Source: a plasmid. From it: a DNA stretch of 64,000 nt. The notes beneath the pieces are model-generated. The model ran no database searches and had not been told where the DNA came from. It saw only the letters and a list, made by a program, of their open reading frames with translations. The DNA lies in the sequence record NZ_CP119397.1; one strand, written 5' to 3'. The position numbers were made by a program, and so were the translations under genes. Shown piece by piece: positions 28,097 to 37,925 of this stretch (its first letter is position 1; every line of letters starts with the position of its first letter).

Positions 28097-29296
28097 ATGA
28101 TGACGATGTCAGTCACAACTGAGGCGACGCGCCCGCGCCAGATGTGGAGCGCCGTCGGGGCGATGACGCTCTGTGTTGCCATGCTTATTGCCTCTGAATT
28201 TATGCCGGTGAGCCTGCTGACGCCGATTGCCCGGGATCTCCATGCCACACAGGGCATGGCCGGGCAGGCGATTTCGGTATCCGGGTTGTTTGCCGTGCTG
28301 ACCAGTCTGCTGATCGCGCCGCTTGCCGGGCGGTTTGATCGCCGCCACATCCTGATGCTGATGACCTTACTGATGATGGCCTCGCTGGTGCTGATCGCCC
28401 TGGCCCCCAGTTTTGGGGTGCTGATGGCGGCACGCGCCTTTCTCGGGATGGCGGTAGGCGGTTTCTGGGCGCTCTCGACCGCCACGGTGTTGCAACTGGT
28501 GCCTGAACCGCTGGTGCCGAAAGCACTGGGCATGATCTATATGGGCAATGCGGTGGCGACGGCATTCGCCGCCCCGGCCGGGGCCTATCTGGGGGCGGTG
28601 ATCGGCTGGCGCGCAGTATTCTGGGGGCTGGTGCCGATGGTGGTGGCGAACCTTCTGTGGCAGTGGGTCAGCCTGCCGGCGATGCCGCCGCGCGCCGGCA
28701 TTCCGCTGTCACGGGTATTCAGCCTGCTGAAACGCCGCCATGTCGGGTTTGGGATGCTGGCGATTATGCTGACCTTCGCCGGGGCGTTTGCCTCGTTCAC
28801 TTACCTGCGGCCTTTCCTGGAAACAGAAACCGGTGCCGCGCCGGAACAGCTCTCCCTGCTGCTGCTGGGGCTGGGCGCTGCCGGATTCGCCGGCACCTAT
28901 ATTGCCGGGCAGTTACTGGCGCGGGATCACCTGTTGCAACTGCTGCGCGGTTTGCCGGTGCTGCTGGCGCTGGCCACCGCGGGCCTGTTGCTGATGGGGC
29001 ATTTTGTGCCGGGCGTGGCGGTGATGATGATCCTCTGGGGCGGCATTAATGCCGCGATCCCGGTCTGCTGGTCTACCTGGCTGTCCCGCGCCCTGCGTGA
29101 CGAACCGGAAAGCGGCGGCGGGCTGATGGTCGCCTGTATCCAGCTTGCCATTATGCTGGGCGGTGCGCTGGGCGGCCTGCTGCTCGACCATTTCTCCATC
29201 ACCGCCACTTTTACCGGCGGGATGCTGCTGCTGGTGTTATCGGCGGTGATCGTCGGCCGCGGCGGGCGGATTTGGTGGACGGCGTCTCGGGGCTAA
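28097..29296 (+). CDS. MFS transporter (DHA1-type, NepI/purine-nucleoside efflux-like)
   Basis: 12 TM; AGGAG SD before ATG 28097; MFS motif A region GRFDRR. Confidence 0.8.
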   Translation: MMTMSVTTEATRPRQMWSAVGAMTLCVAMLIASEFMPVSLLTPIARDLHATQGMAGQAISVSGLFAVLTSLLIAPLAGRFDRRHILMLMTLLMMASLVLIALAPSFGVLMAARAFLGMAVGGFWALSTATVLQLVPEPLVPKALGMIYMGNAVATAFAAPAGAYLGAVIGWRAVFWGLVPMVVANLLWQWVSLPAMPPRAGIPLSRVFSLLKRRHVGFGMLAIMLTFAGAFASFTYLRPFLETETGAAPEQLSLLLLGLGAAGFAGTYIAGQLLARDHLLQLLRGLPVLLALATAGLLLMGHFVPGVAVMMILWGGINAAIPVCWSTWLSRALRDEPESGGGLMVACIQLAIMLGGALGGLLLDHFSITATFTGGMLLLVLSAVIVGRGGRIWWTASRG

Positions 29297-29324
29297 GGCG
29301 CTGGACGATGGCACCCAATAAAAA

Positions 29325-29353
29325 AGCCGATGCCCTGGGGCATCGGCTTTTTT
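29325..29353. terminator. bidirectional rho-independent terminator between convergent MFS and ddc genes
   Basis: AAAAAGCCGATGCC-CTGG-GGCATCGGCTTTTTT palindrome. Confidence 0.75.
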
Positions 29354-29368
29354 CTGCCAACCGGAAAA

Positions 29369-30859
29369 TTACGCGGCCGGTAACTGTTGTGCGGTGGTTT
29401 CCACCAGCGCCAGCAGCGTTTTGATGTCGTCCAGCGTAACGGTCGGGTTGAGCAACGTCATTTTCAGGCAGGTGACGCCGTCAAATTCCGTGACGCCCAC
29501 GTTGGCACGCCCGGAGTCCAGCAGGGCATCACCGATGCGCTGGTTGAGCAGCGCGATGGCGGCATTGTCCGCACCGGCAAGCGACGCCGGACGGTAGCGG
29601 AACAGCACGCTGGCCAATTGCGGCTGCATCACCAGCTCCAGGGCCGGTTGCTCAGCCACATAGGCCGCAACCTGCTGCGCCAGCGTCACACCGTGATCGA
29701 TGATCTCAGCGTATTGCTTCTGGCCCAGCGCTTCCAGGCCCATCCACAGTTTCAGTGCATCGAAACGGCGGGTGGTCTGCAACGACTTGGAGACCAGGTT
29801 CGGCACGCCCTGCGCTTCATCGAACTCAGAGTTCAGGTACGCCGCCTGATAGCGCATCAGCTCATAGTGGCGTGCTTCCTTCAGCAGGAAGGCGCCGCAA
29901 CTGATGGTCTGGAAGAACTGCTTGTGGAAGTCCAGGGTGATGGAGTCCACCAGCTCAATGCCGTCCAGGTAGTCGCGGTACTTCTCAGAGAGCAGCAGCG
30001 CGCCGCCCCAGGCCGCATCGACGTGCAGCCAGATGTCGTGCTCGGCCGCCACCGCCGCGATGTCACGCAGCGGGTCAATCGCACCGGCATCGGTGGTGCC
30101 GGCGGTCGCGACGATCGCCAGGATCTGCTCGCCGTTGGCCTGCGCCTGCGCCACTTTCTCTTTCAGATCATTGAGATCCATACGCGCAAAGCGGTCAGTT
30201 TTCACCAGCGTGACGGACTGGTAACCCAGGCCCAGCAGCGCCATGTTTTTCTGCACCGAGAAGTGGGCGTTTTCAGAACAGAAGACTTTGATCTTTCTGA
30301 GGTTGCCTACCAGCCCATCCTGCTGGATGGAGTGGCCCTGGCGGGCGAAGAAGGCGTCACGCGCCAGCATCAGGCCCATCAGGTTGCTCTGGGTGCCGCC
30401 GCTGGTGAACACCCCGGCATCGCCGGGCTGGTAACCGACCTGGGTACGCAGCCACTCGATCAGCTTCATCTCAATGATGGTGGCTGACGGGCTCTGGTCC
30501 CAGGAGTCCATGCTCTGGTTGGTGGCGTTGATCAGCACTTCAGCCGCCTGGCTGACAACCAGGCTCGGGCAGTGCAGGTGTGCCACGCACTGCGGGTGGT
30601 GTACCGACAGGCTGTCTTTCAGGAAATACTCAATCGCGCGTTCAATCGCGGCCTGGTTGCCCAGGCCCTGCGGGTTGAAATCCAGCGTGATGCGCTCACG
30701 CAGTTCCGCCACGCTTTTCCCCTGATACATCTCAGGCTGTTGCAGCCACTGCACGACGGCCGCGCTGCTCTGGGCGATGGCCTGCTGGTACGCCTCAGTG
30801 CTTTGCGCAGAGGCGGCCAGAATCGGGTTTTGCCGGGTCATTCTTTCTCTTCCACTCAA
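29369..30859 (-). CDS. ddc: L-2,4-diaminobutyrate decarboxylase (PLP-dependent, group II decarboxylase)
   Basis: 496 aa group II decarboxylase immediately downstream of and overlapping dat (ATGA), the conserved dat-ddc arrangement. Confidence 0.85.
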   Translation of the reverse strand: MSGRERMTRQNPILAASAQSTEAYQQAIAQSSAAVVQWLQQPEMYQGKSVAELRERITLDFNPQGLGNQAAIERAIEYFLKDSLSVHHPQCVAHLHCPSLVVSQAAEVLINATNQSMDSWDQSPSATIIEMKLIEWLRTQVGYQPGDAGVFTSGGTQSNLMGLMLARDAFFARQGHSIQQDGLVGNLRKIKVFCSENAHFSVQKNMALLGLGYQSVTLVKTDRFARMDLNDLKEKVAQAQANGEQILAIVATAGTTDAGAIDPLRDIAAVAAEHDIWLHVDAAWGGALLLSEKYRDYLDGIELVDSITLDFHKQFFQTISCGAFLLKEARHYELMRYQAAYLNSEFDEAQGVPNLVSKSLQTTRRFDALKLWMGLEALGQKQYAEIIDHGVTLAQQVAAYVAEQPALELVMQPQLASVLFRYRPASLAGADNAAIALLNQRIGDALLDSGRANVGVTEFDGVTCLKMTLLNPTVTLDDIKTLLALVETTAQQLPAA

Positions 30860-32241
30860 ACCGGTTTAACACCGGCAGCCAACAGGGCGTGTTCAAATTT
30901 ATCCAGGAAAATCTCCAACTCGTCGTTGGTGATAAGCAGGGAAGGCAGCAGACGCAGTACGCTGCCGTGACGCCCGCCACGCTCCAGGATCAGCCCCGCT
31001 TCGAAGCATTTTTTCTGCAACAGGGCAGACAGCTCGCCGTCAGCCGGGTAGCAACCCATGTGATCCTGCGCTTCGCCCGGCTTCACAATTTCGATGCCGA
31101 TCATCAGGCCCAGGCCGCGTACGTGGCCAATCACCGGGTAACGTTTTTGCAGGTCAGCCAGTTTGCCTTTCAGCCACTCACCCTGGGCGGCGACTTTGTC
31201 AGCCACCTGGTTGTCTTTCAGGTACTTCAGGGTGGTCAGGCCGGTGGCCATCGCCAGCTGGTTGCCGCGGAAGGTGCCGGTGTGGTGGCCCGGTGCCCAG
31301 GCGTCGAACTGTTTCTTGATGCCCAGCACGGCCAGCGGCAGGCCGCCGCCGACCGCTTTGGACATCACGATGATGTCCGGCTCAATGCCTGCGTGCTCGA
31401 AGGCAAACAGTTTGCCGGTACGCGCAAAGCCAGCCTGCACTTCGTCGATGATCAGCAGGATGCCGTGCTCCTGGGTCACTTTACGGATGCGTTGCAGCCA
31501 CTCGACCGGGGCCGGGTTCACGCCGCCTTCGCCCTGCACGGCTTCCAGGATCACGGCTGCCGGTTTGCGCACGCCGCTCTCGACATCGTTGATCAGGTTT
31601 TCGAAGTAGTAGGTCAGCGCTTTCACACCGGCTTCACCGCCGATGCCCAGCGGGCAGCGGTACTGGTGCGGGTAAGGCATGAACTGGACTTCCGGCATCA
31701 TGCCGTTGACGGCCTCTTTCGGAGACAGGTTACCGGTCACCGCCAGGGCGCCGTGGGTCATGCCGTGGTAGCCGCCGGAGAAGCTGATCACGCCGCTGCG
31801 GCCGGTGTGTTTCTTGGCCAGTTTCAGGGCGGCTTCTACCGCGTCCGCGCCGGACGGGCCGCAGAATTGCAGGCAGTACTCGCTGCCCGCGCCCGGCAAT
31901 AAGGAGAGCAGGTATTCGGAGAACTGATCTTTCAGCGGAGTAGTCAGATCCAGTGTATGTAACGGCAAGCCGCTGGTAATGACATTTTGGATGCTTTGCA
32001 GTACATCAGGGTGATTATGGCCGAGCGCCAGCGTGCCTGCGCCTGCGAGGCAATCAAGATATTGATTGTTTTCAACATCGGTGATCCAGACGCCCTGGGC
32101 TTTTGCGATCGCCAACGGCAATTTACGTGGATAACTCCTGACATTCGATTCGAATTCAGCCTGACGCGCCAAATAAGTTTCATTGTTACTGTTTAATGAA
32201 TTAGCACCTAAAGTATCAATACGGACTTTATCCGTCATCAT
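30856..32241 (-). CDS. dat: diaminobutyrate--2-oxoglutarate aminotransferase
   Basis: 461 aa class-III aminotransferase; collinear with DABA aminotransferases (Dat/EctB-like). Confidence 0.85.
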   Translation of the reverse strand: MMTDKVRIDTLGANSLNSNNETYLARQAEFESNVRSYPRKLPLAIAKAQGVWITDVENNQYLDCLAGAGTLALGHNHPDVLQSIQNVITSGLPLHTLDLTTPLKDQFSEYLLSLLPGAGSEYCLQFCGPSGADAVEAALKLAKKHTGRSGVISFSGGYHGMTHGALAVTGNLSPKEAVNGMMPEVQFMPYPHQYRCPLGIGGEAGVKALTYYFENLINDVESGVRKPAAVILEAVQGEGGVNPAPVEWLQRIRKVTQEHGILLIIDEVQAGFARTGKLFAFEHAGIEPDIIVMSKAVGGGLPLAVLGIKKQFDAWAPGHHTGTFRGNQLAMATGLTTLKYLKDNQVADKVAAQGEWLKGKLADLQKRYPVIGHVRGLGLMIGIEIVKPGEAQDHMGCYPADGELSALLQKKCFEAGLILERGGRHGSVLRLLPSLLITNDELEIFLDKFEHALLAAGVKPV

Positions 32242-32700
32242 ATCACTCCTACAACCAGGGTTATTGTTAACGCCCAGGTTGAATAATTGAATTAAAAAAG
32301 TCGTTACCGTGGGTAAAGCGCGGCCAATATAGGGTTTTTTACCCCGGTACTCAATACTTAATTTTGTTTAGATTTGTTTACATTTTTTAGCCTAATAATC
32401 AACAGGTTGGTGGATTAATCATCACCTCAGTTGTTATCATTATGTTACATGTTTTTTTATAGCCAATAAAACGCCGCATTTTATTGTCTGCGGGGCATGA
32501 AAGGGCGCGGCAACCTGCCGGACGCATTGCCGGTAAAAACGCAATAAAATCCAATTTATTATTGCCGTTGAACAACGGCTTAATTAAACACCCCGGTTTC
32601 CGGCAAGGAAAAGCCCAGGTCTGTTGCCCCTGTTAGCGGCTGGCTGCGGGTACGTGGGAGGCGTGCAGGGGCCGCCTGTTTTTTGCGGCCCCCGGTGGGT

Positions 32701-33354
32701 TTAGCGGCTTGCGGCCTGCTGCCGGTTTACGGCAATCTGCTCCGCGTCGTGCAACAGCGCCTGCAAATCCTCTTCATCAATATCCAGAAATTGCCCCGCA
32801 AGCAGCGCTTCATGCAGATCCTCCCGGGTTATCGGCACCGCAAAAGAGATCGGGGCGGGTTTGCTTTCAGCAGCAGATAAAGGATGGGGATAACGCCGCC
32901 CGGCCAGATTGTTGAACACAATCGCCAGCACCGCGAGGCACAGCGAGTTAACCAGAATCGGGCTGAAAACGTAGTAAAAGCCCTCCTGGTGGATCCCTGC
33001 CCCGCCCACAATGGCCGTCAGCGCCACTGCCCCACCGGGCGGATGCAGGCAACGCAGCACATACATCAGGGCAATCGCCAGCCCCACCGCCACCCCACAG
33101 GCGATAGCCGGCTGGGGAATGCACATGCCGACGGTGACCCCAATCAGCGCGGAAAAGACGTTGCCGCCGATAATCGACCAGGGTTGTGCCAGCGGGCTGT
33201 TGGGCACGCCAAACAGCAACACCGCCGAGGCCCCCATCGGTGCCACAAACCAGGGATTGACGTCGCCCAGTAACCAGCGGCTGAACAGGCTGGTCAACAC
33301 CAGGCCAATGGCCGCCCCCAGGCTCGCCAGGATAATCTGTTTTTTGGCAACCAC
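32701..33354 (-). CDS. HPP-family membrane protein
   Basis: 217 aa; 4-5 TM segments, HPP motif region (LHPPGGAVAL). Confidence 0.7.
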   Translation of the reverse strand: MVAKKQIILASLGAAIGLVLTSLFSRWLLGDVNPWFVAPMGASAVLLFGVPNSPLAQPWSIIGGNVFSALIGVTVGMCIPQPAIACGVAVGLAIALMYVLRCLHPPGGAVALTAIVGGAGIHQEGFYYVFSPILVNSLCLAVLAIVFNNLAGRRYPHPLSAAESKPAPISFAVPITREDLHEALLAGQFLDIDEEDLQALLHDAEQIAVNRQQAASR

Positions 33355-33697
33355 TAACGGCTGGGGCCAGAGGCGGCGCAGCCCCTTTTACGCGGGCCGG
33401 CCACGTATGTTGACGATGTTCATCCATTTTGCAGGTCACTCATTATTAGTCAGTTCTTTTTATGTGGCCGCGATTCTCCCTATTCAGTGCCCCGCTATCA
33501 ACTTTTTATCCCGCCTGCCCAACACGCCACCCCACACCACCGGAACCGCACAAAAAAACGCGATTTAACGTCCTGTTAAATAAATAAAAACATCAGTAGA
33601 CCCAACTGGTAACAGCTTGTAGTATAAATTGCCGCGCGCAACCGGAAGGCTTCTGGCAGGATACGCGCCACTCAGCGTGCATTGGTACGATCCTTCC

Positions 33698-35767
33698 ATG
33701 AAGTGGCTTTCTAAAAACGCAGTTCTGTTCTCTGTAAAAACCTGTCTTGCCGCCTTTCTGGCCCTGTTTATTTCCCTTGAACTTAACCTTGAAAAACCGG
33801 CCTGGGTCTTGACCACGGTCTATGTTGCCTCACAGCTCTATTCCGCCTCGACCCTTTCCAAATCGGTGTTCCGCCTGTTGGGTACCCTCCTGGGGGGGCT
33901 GTTTATTTTCCTGATTTACCCCATCACGGTGCAAAGCCCGGTGCTGTTCAGCCTGTGCGTCTCGCTGTGGGTGGCGGCCTGCCTCTATCTTTCGCTGCAT
34001 GACCGCACGCCGAAAAGTTATGTGTTTATGCTGGCGGGTTACAGCGCCGCCATTATGGGCTTTCCCAGTGTGGCGTCGGCCGGCTCCATCACGGACACGG
34101 TGATTTCCCGCATTGAAGAGATCACGGTGGCGATTGTCTGTAGCTCACTGGTGCACCGGCTGGTCTTCCCGGTGTCGATGCGCAGCCTGCTGGAACAGAG
34201 CGTCAGCGTCTGGTACCAGAACGGGCGCAAACTGTGCAGCGAGCTGATCACCGTGTTGCCGAAAGACAAATCCCTGGCGCGGGAGGACATCCTGATCCAG
34301 ATGGCGAACTTCCCGCTGAATGTCGAAACGCTGATCACCCATTGCGTGTATGAAGGCGATGCGGCGCGCAAGCTGATCCGCCTCGTCAGCGTGCAGTACC
34401 AGCACCTCTCTTACCTGATCCCGACGCTGACCGCCATTGAGGTGCGGCTGAACCTGCTGGGCGAACAGCAGATCCGCTTTCCCGAGCCGGTGGCGCAGAC
34501 ATTCCGGCAGTTTCTGCACTGGCTGAACGGGGGTGACATCCTGCATGAGATTGATGCCGTCAAAGAGGCGCTGCACACCTGTCAGGCCGGGCTGCAACAG
34601 GCCTGGCAGCGCCGGGCGCTGGGCACGGAAGAGAGCATTTTGCTGATTGGCCTGCTGGAGCGGCTGGCGGATTTTGTGCGCATCGCCGGGGCGTACCAGA
34701 GCGTCAGCGTGCTGGTCAGCGATCTCTCCGGGGATACGCGGCTGGCGAAAAAGGCCCGCGCGCACCGCCACATTGATAAAGGCATGTTGCTGCTCTCGGC
34801 ATTGACGGCTTTTCTCGCCACGTTCGGCTCCTGCCTGTTCTGGATTGGCAGCGGCTGGGCGGACGGGGCCACCGCCCCGATGATGGCGGCGATCCTCAGC
34901 TCCTTCTTTGCCGGGGCCGACACACCGCTGACGCCGATGAAACTGTTTATCAAAGGGGTGCTGTTCGCGCTGGTGGTCAGCGTGCTGTATATCGCGTTGC
35001 TGATCCCGCAGGCCGTGACCTTCGAGGCGCTGCTGATTTGCCTGACGCCGGGGCTGATGGCGCTGGGGCTGGTGATCGCCCGGCCTGCCACCAACATGAT
35101 TGGGCTGAGCGTCGCCACGCAGTTGCCGGGGTTTATCGGCATGAGCCACCACTTTGCGCCCAATCTGCCGGGGGTAATCAACACCGCGATGTCTGCGATG
35201 GTGGGGATCCTGTTCGCGGCCACCATTACCGCGGTTATCCGTAACAAGCGCCCGGCCTGGACGGCCAAACGCGCACTGCGCAAAGGGCTGCGTGACTTGC
35301 TGCGGTTCATCAAAGAGATTGAGCGCAACGCCTCGTCGCTGCTGGCGCGCCAGCAGTTTATCGCCCGTACGCTGGACAGGGTGAACATTATCCTGCCGCG
35401 CAAACGGCTCGACCCGGAGGCGGATCTGGAATCCGGCGGGAACCTGATTGCAGAAGCGTGGATGGGGGCCTACTGCTTTGATTTCTATGCACGCGACCGT
35501 GAGGTGCTGGTGCAGTACCACATCGACAGCGGGCAGATGTTTCACGAGCTGGGGTTATACCTCAAGCGGCGTATGAAATCGCTGCACACCGCCCCGCACC
35601 CGGCGTTGCTGGAGGAGCTCGATTTACTGCTGTTCCGGCTGGAGATGCTGGCAAGCCGGGATGAGCGGGCGTTTAAGCCGCTGTTCTACTTGTTTAACAT
35701 CCGGTTATTGCTGTTTCCGCAATTGCGCTGGCCGGGCCATGAGCACGACGCCGGTGACCCGGTGTGA
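33698..35767 (+). CDS. FUSC-family (fusaric acid resistance / aromatic acid exporter, YccS/AaeB-like) membrane protein
   Basis: ~690 aa with two hydrophobic blocks separated by a cytoplasmic domain, typical FUSC topology. Confidence 0.8.
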   Translation: MKWLSKNAVLFSVKTCLAAFLALFISLELNLEKPAWVLTTVYVASQLYSASTLSKSVFRLLGTLLGGLFIFLIYPITVQSPVLFSLCVSLWVAACLYLSLHDRTPKSYVFMLAGYSAAIMGFPSVASAGSITDTVISRIEEITVAIVCSSLVHRLVFPVSMRSLLEQSVSVWYQNGRKLCSELITVLPKDKSLAREDILIQMANFPLNVETLITHCVYEGDAARKLIRLVSVQYQHLSYLIPTLTAIEVRLNLLGEQQIRFPEPVAQTFRQFLHWLNGGDILHEIDAVKEALHTCQAGLQQAWQRRALGTEESILLIGLLERLADFVRIAGAYQSVSVLVSDLSGDTRLAKKARAHRHIDKGMLLLSALTAFLATFGSCLFWIGSGWADGATAPMMAAILSSFFAGADTPLTPMKLFIKGVLFALVVSVLYIALLIPQAVTFEALLICLTPGLMALGLVIARPATNMIGLSVATQLPGFIGMSHHFAPNLPGVINTAMSAMVGILFAATITAVIRNKRPAWTAKRALRKGLRDLLRFIKEIERNASSLLARQQFIARTLDRVNIILPRKRLDPEADLESGGNLIAEAWMGAYCFDFYARDREVLVQYHIDSGQMFHELGLYLKRRMKSLHTAPHPALLEELDLLLFRLEMLASRDERAFKPLFYLFNIRLLLFPQLRWPGHEHDAGDPV

Positions 35768-35773
35768 AGGTGC

Positions 35774-36247
35774 TCAGGAAAAGTCATAAATCAGCCTGAA
35801 GAAATTCTCTTCATTAAAGGGCGTGACGTGATGCGGTTTCTGATGGTCAATGATCGCCCAGTTTTCAAAGTTCGCCCGGCTGTCCTGCATCCGCAGTTCA
35901 AACAGTTTTCTGTCACTGCGGTCATTGCCCACGGAAACCAGGATACAGCCTTTCGCCCCGCCAAAATAATAGAGGCCCTGCGGCACAATAAAGAGGGTCT
36001 TTTTGCCGTTGGTCAGGCGCAGTTCCTGAACCTGGTAGCGGGCGTAAGGCGCATTCCCGGCAGTCAGAAACGTTTCTGTCCTGTCACAGCGGACGCTGCT
36101 GTCCTGGAACCATAACTCGATGTTTTCGAACAGGAAGGCAATTTCCCGTTGAAACATGGAGATATCCTCTTTCACGGCCTCAATCGCGGTTCTCTCTTCT
36201 TCCACGTTTTCACGCATCTTTTTGAAAAAGTCATCTTTGGCTGTCAT
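35774..36247 (-). CDS. orphan hypothetical protein (157 aa), visibly lower G+C than neighbours
   Basis: Clean ORF with no recognisable motif; stop only 6 bp from convergent FUSC stop; AT-richer codon usage. Confidence 0.5.
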   Translation of the reverse strand: MTAKDDFFKKMRENVEEERTAIEAVKEDISMFQREIAFLFENIELWFQDSSVRCDRTETFLTAGNAPYARYQVQELRLTNGKKTLFIVPQGLYYFGGAKGCILVSVGNDRSDRKLFELRMQDSRANFENWAIIDHQKPHHVTPFNEENFFRLIYDFS

Positions 36248-37253
36248 TGGGTGCTCCTTTATTTATCACAATGCCGCAGCAGGTATTTTTTGAGCGTATC
36301 ACCCGGCTGCACAGGGTGCATTTTTCCTGCCATCATTTTATCTCACCGACTTATTTCCCCGCGCTTCGCTTTCTCACTTTTCCTTATTGAACAAAGAGAG
36401 CACATTCTTATTTCCCGTGGTGCCCGGCCGGGGCATACGGCGGATAAACCGCCCGGTGTCATTTTTCATAAAAAAAATCAGTGATGGCCCTGCACCGCAT
36501 GGCAGGCGCGGCTGCATGGCGGGCGGAACCCGGCGCGGAAAGGGGTTGCCGGGCCCTGCCGGCGGGGGGTGTGAAAAAAGCTTCACCGTTGCGTGGTGGT
36601 TTTCTGTTATTTAACAGGGGGTACGGAAAACAGCCTGAAACCGTTATTTCCGCCTCTCTCATAAATCATCATTTTTTAAAAAAATGGGTTGACATTATAG
36701 CAGCGAATACTACATTTAAGGTGACGATGAGATGACAAATGATCAAGGCATCAGGCGAAGGGTGCCGCTGTTTATATCTTGTTGTTGCCATGCAGTTATC
36801 TGTATGAAGAGATGTGCGATAAAGGCCACGAAGTGAATGTTGTATGGGAAGGTTACGCCCGGCGTTTATTCCTGGGGTGTATTTACGTAACCACGCTTTC
36901 AGGCCACGTAATAGCAGTTGCTCATCGCACGCAGGGGGAACTACCGCGATAATCAGGTTCTTTATTGCCGTGGGTTCTTTAGCGGCGCGGTTATATTACG
37001 CAACGGCAGTTATCAGGCCGTGAAATAAAGAATGCCTATCGCAGGGCGGTGTACTGAGCCGGCTGCGCATCCGGGCTGGCGGTATAGCGGAGTATTTCCT
37101 ACGCGTCAGTGTCATCAACGCGTTATACAGGAGGACATAGTTATCGGGTGTCATATATTCCTGTTATTACAGTGCACCTCATCAGATGTGCAAACCGAAG
37201 TATCATGTTGTTAAGTCAGTAAATGTTAATGTGTCAATCTGCAGTACCCTAAA

Positions 37254-37283
37254 GGCTCCCGCTACACAGTGGGAGCCTTTTTT
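37254..37283 (+). terminator. strong rho-independent terminator with no annotated upstream gene
   Basis: GGCTCCC-GCTACACAGT-GGGAGCC followed by TTTTTTGTTTTT. Confidence 0.7.
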
Positions 37284-37510
37284 GTTTTTCCTGCCTGCGT
37301 TGCTTTCCCTCCAATCCGGTTTTGCTTATCCCTTCAATATTGTGTGCCTTTTGGTTAAAAACTGCATCAGGATATGTGGTGACGGCTGCCGGGCCGGGTG
37401 AGGTTATGCCGCACTGCTATAGTGTGAAGGCAATATAGTGTGAAGGCTATAACGCCTGCCGCCGATGCCGGGGCAGCCTCACTGCATCCCTATTTTCAGG
37501 AGGAGAAGTC

Positions 37511-37912
37511 ATGAAGACGTTGCATCATGCCATCAAGATCGCGGCCCCCTGCGCCGCGGTGTATCGCGCACTGACCACCCCGGAGGAGATGGCCGTCTGG
37601 CATAAAGGCCAGGTGGAAGGCGATATTGCCCCCGGCCGGATCCTGACCCTCACCCCAAAGCCCGGCCTGCGTTTTGGCTGGCGCACTGACCAGCTTGAGC
37701 CGGACCGGCTGATCGCCCAGACCTGTGTGGAAGGCCCCGGCAACTCCCGCGACAAAACGCTGACCCTGACCCTCTCGGAACCGGCCCCAGGCGTGACGCA
37801 GGTGACCTTGGCGGACGGTGAATGGCAGGAGGATGACCCCCACCTGCCGTTCTGCAACAGCTATTGGGGGGCGGTGCTCTACCGCCTGAAAATCCACGCA
37901 GAGAAAAAATAG
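37511..37912 (+). CDS. SRPBCC-superfamily (AHSA1/polyketide-cyclase-like) protein
   Basis: 133 aa; MKTLHHAIKIAAPCAAVYRALTTPEEMAVWH... pattern of Aha1/START-like small proteins. Confidence 0.65.
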   Translation: MKTLHHAIKIAAPCAAVYRALTTPEEMAVWHKGQVEGDIAPGRILTLTPKPGLRFGWRTDQLEPDRLIAQTCVEGPGNSRDKTLTLTLSEPAPGVTQVTLADGEWQEDDPHLPFCNSYWGAVLYRLKIHAEKK

Positions 37913-37925
37913 GGAGTACCGCGCC

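Noticed and set aside
36732-36836. 34-codon Cys-rich sORF (MTNDQGIRRRVPLFISCCCHAVICMKRCAIKATK) as a real gene / RiPP precursor
   Set aside because: - Weak RBS spacing, several rare codons (AGG, CGA, ATA).
- No adjacent modification enzymes.
- Kept only as a note inside the low-GC islet finding.
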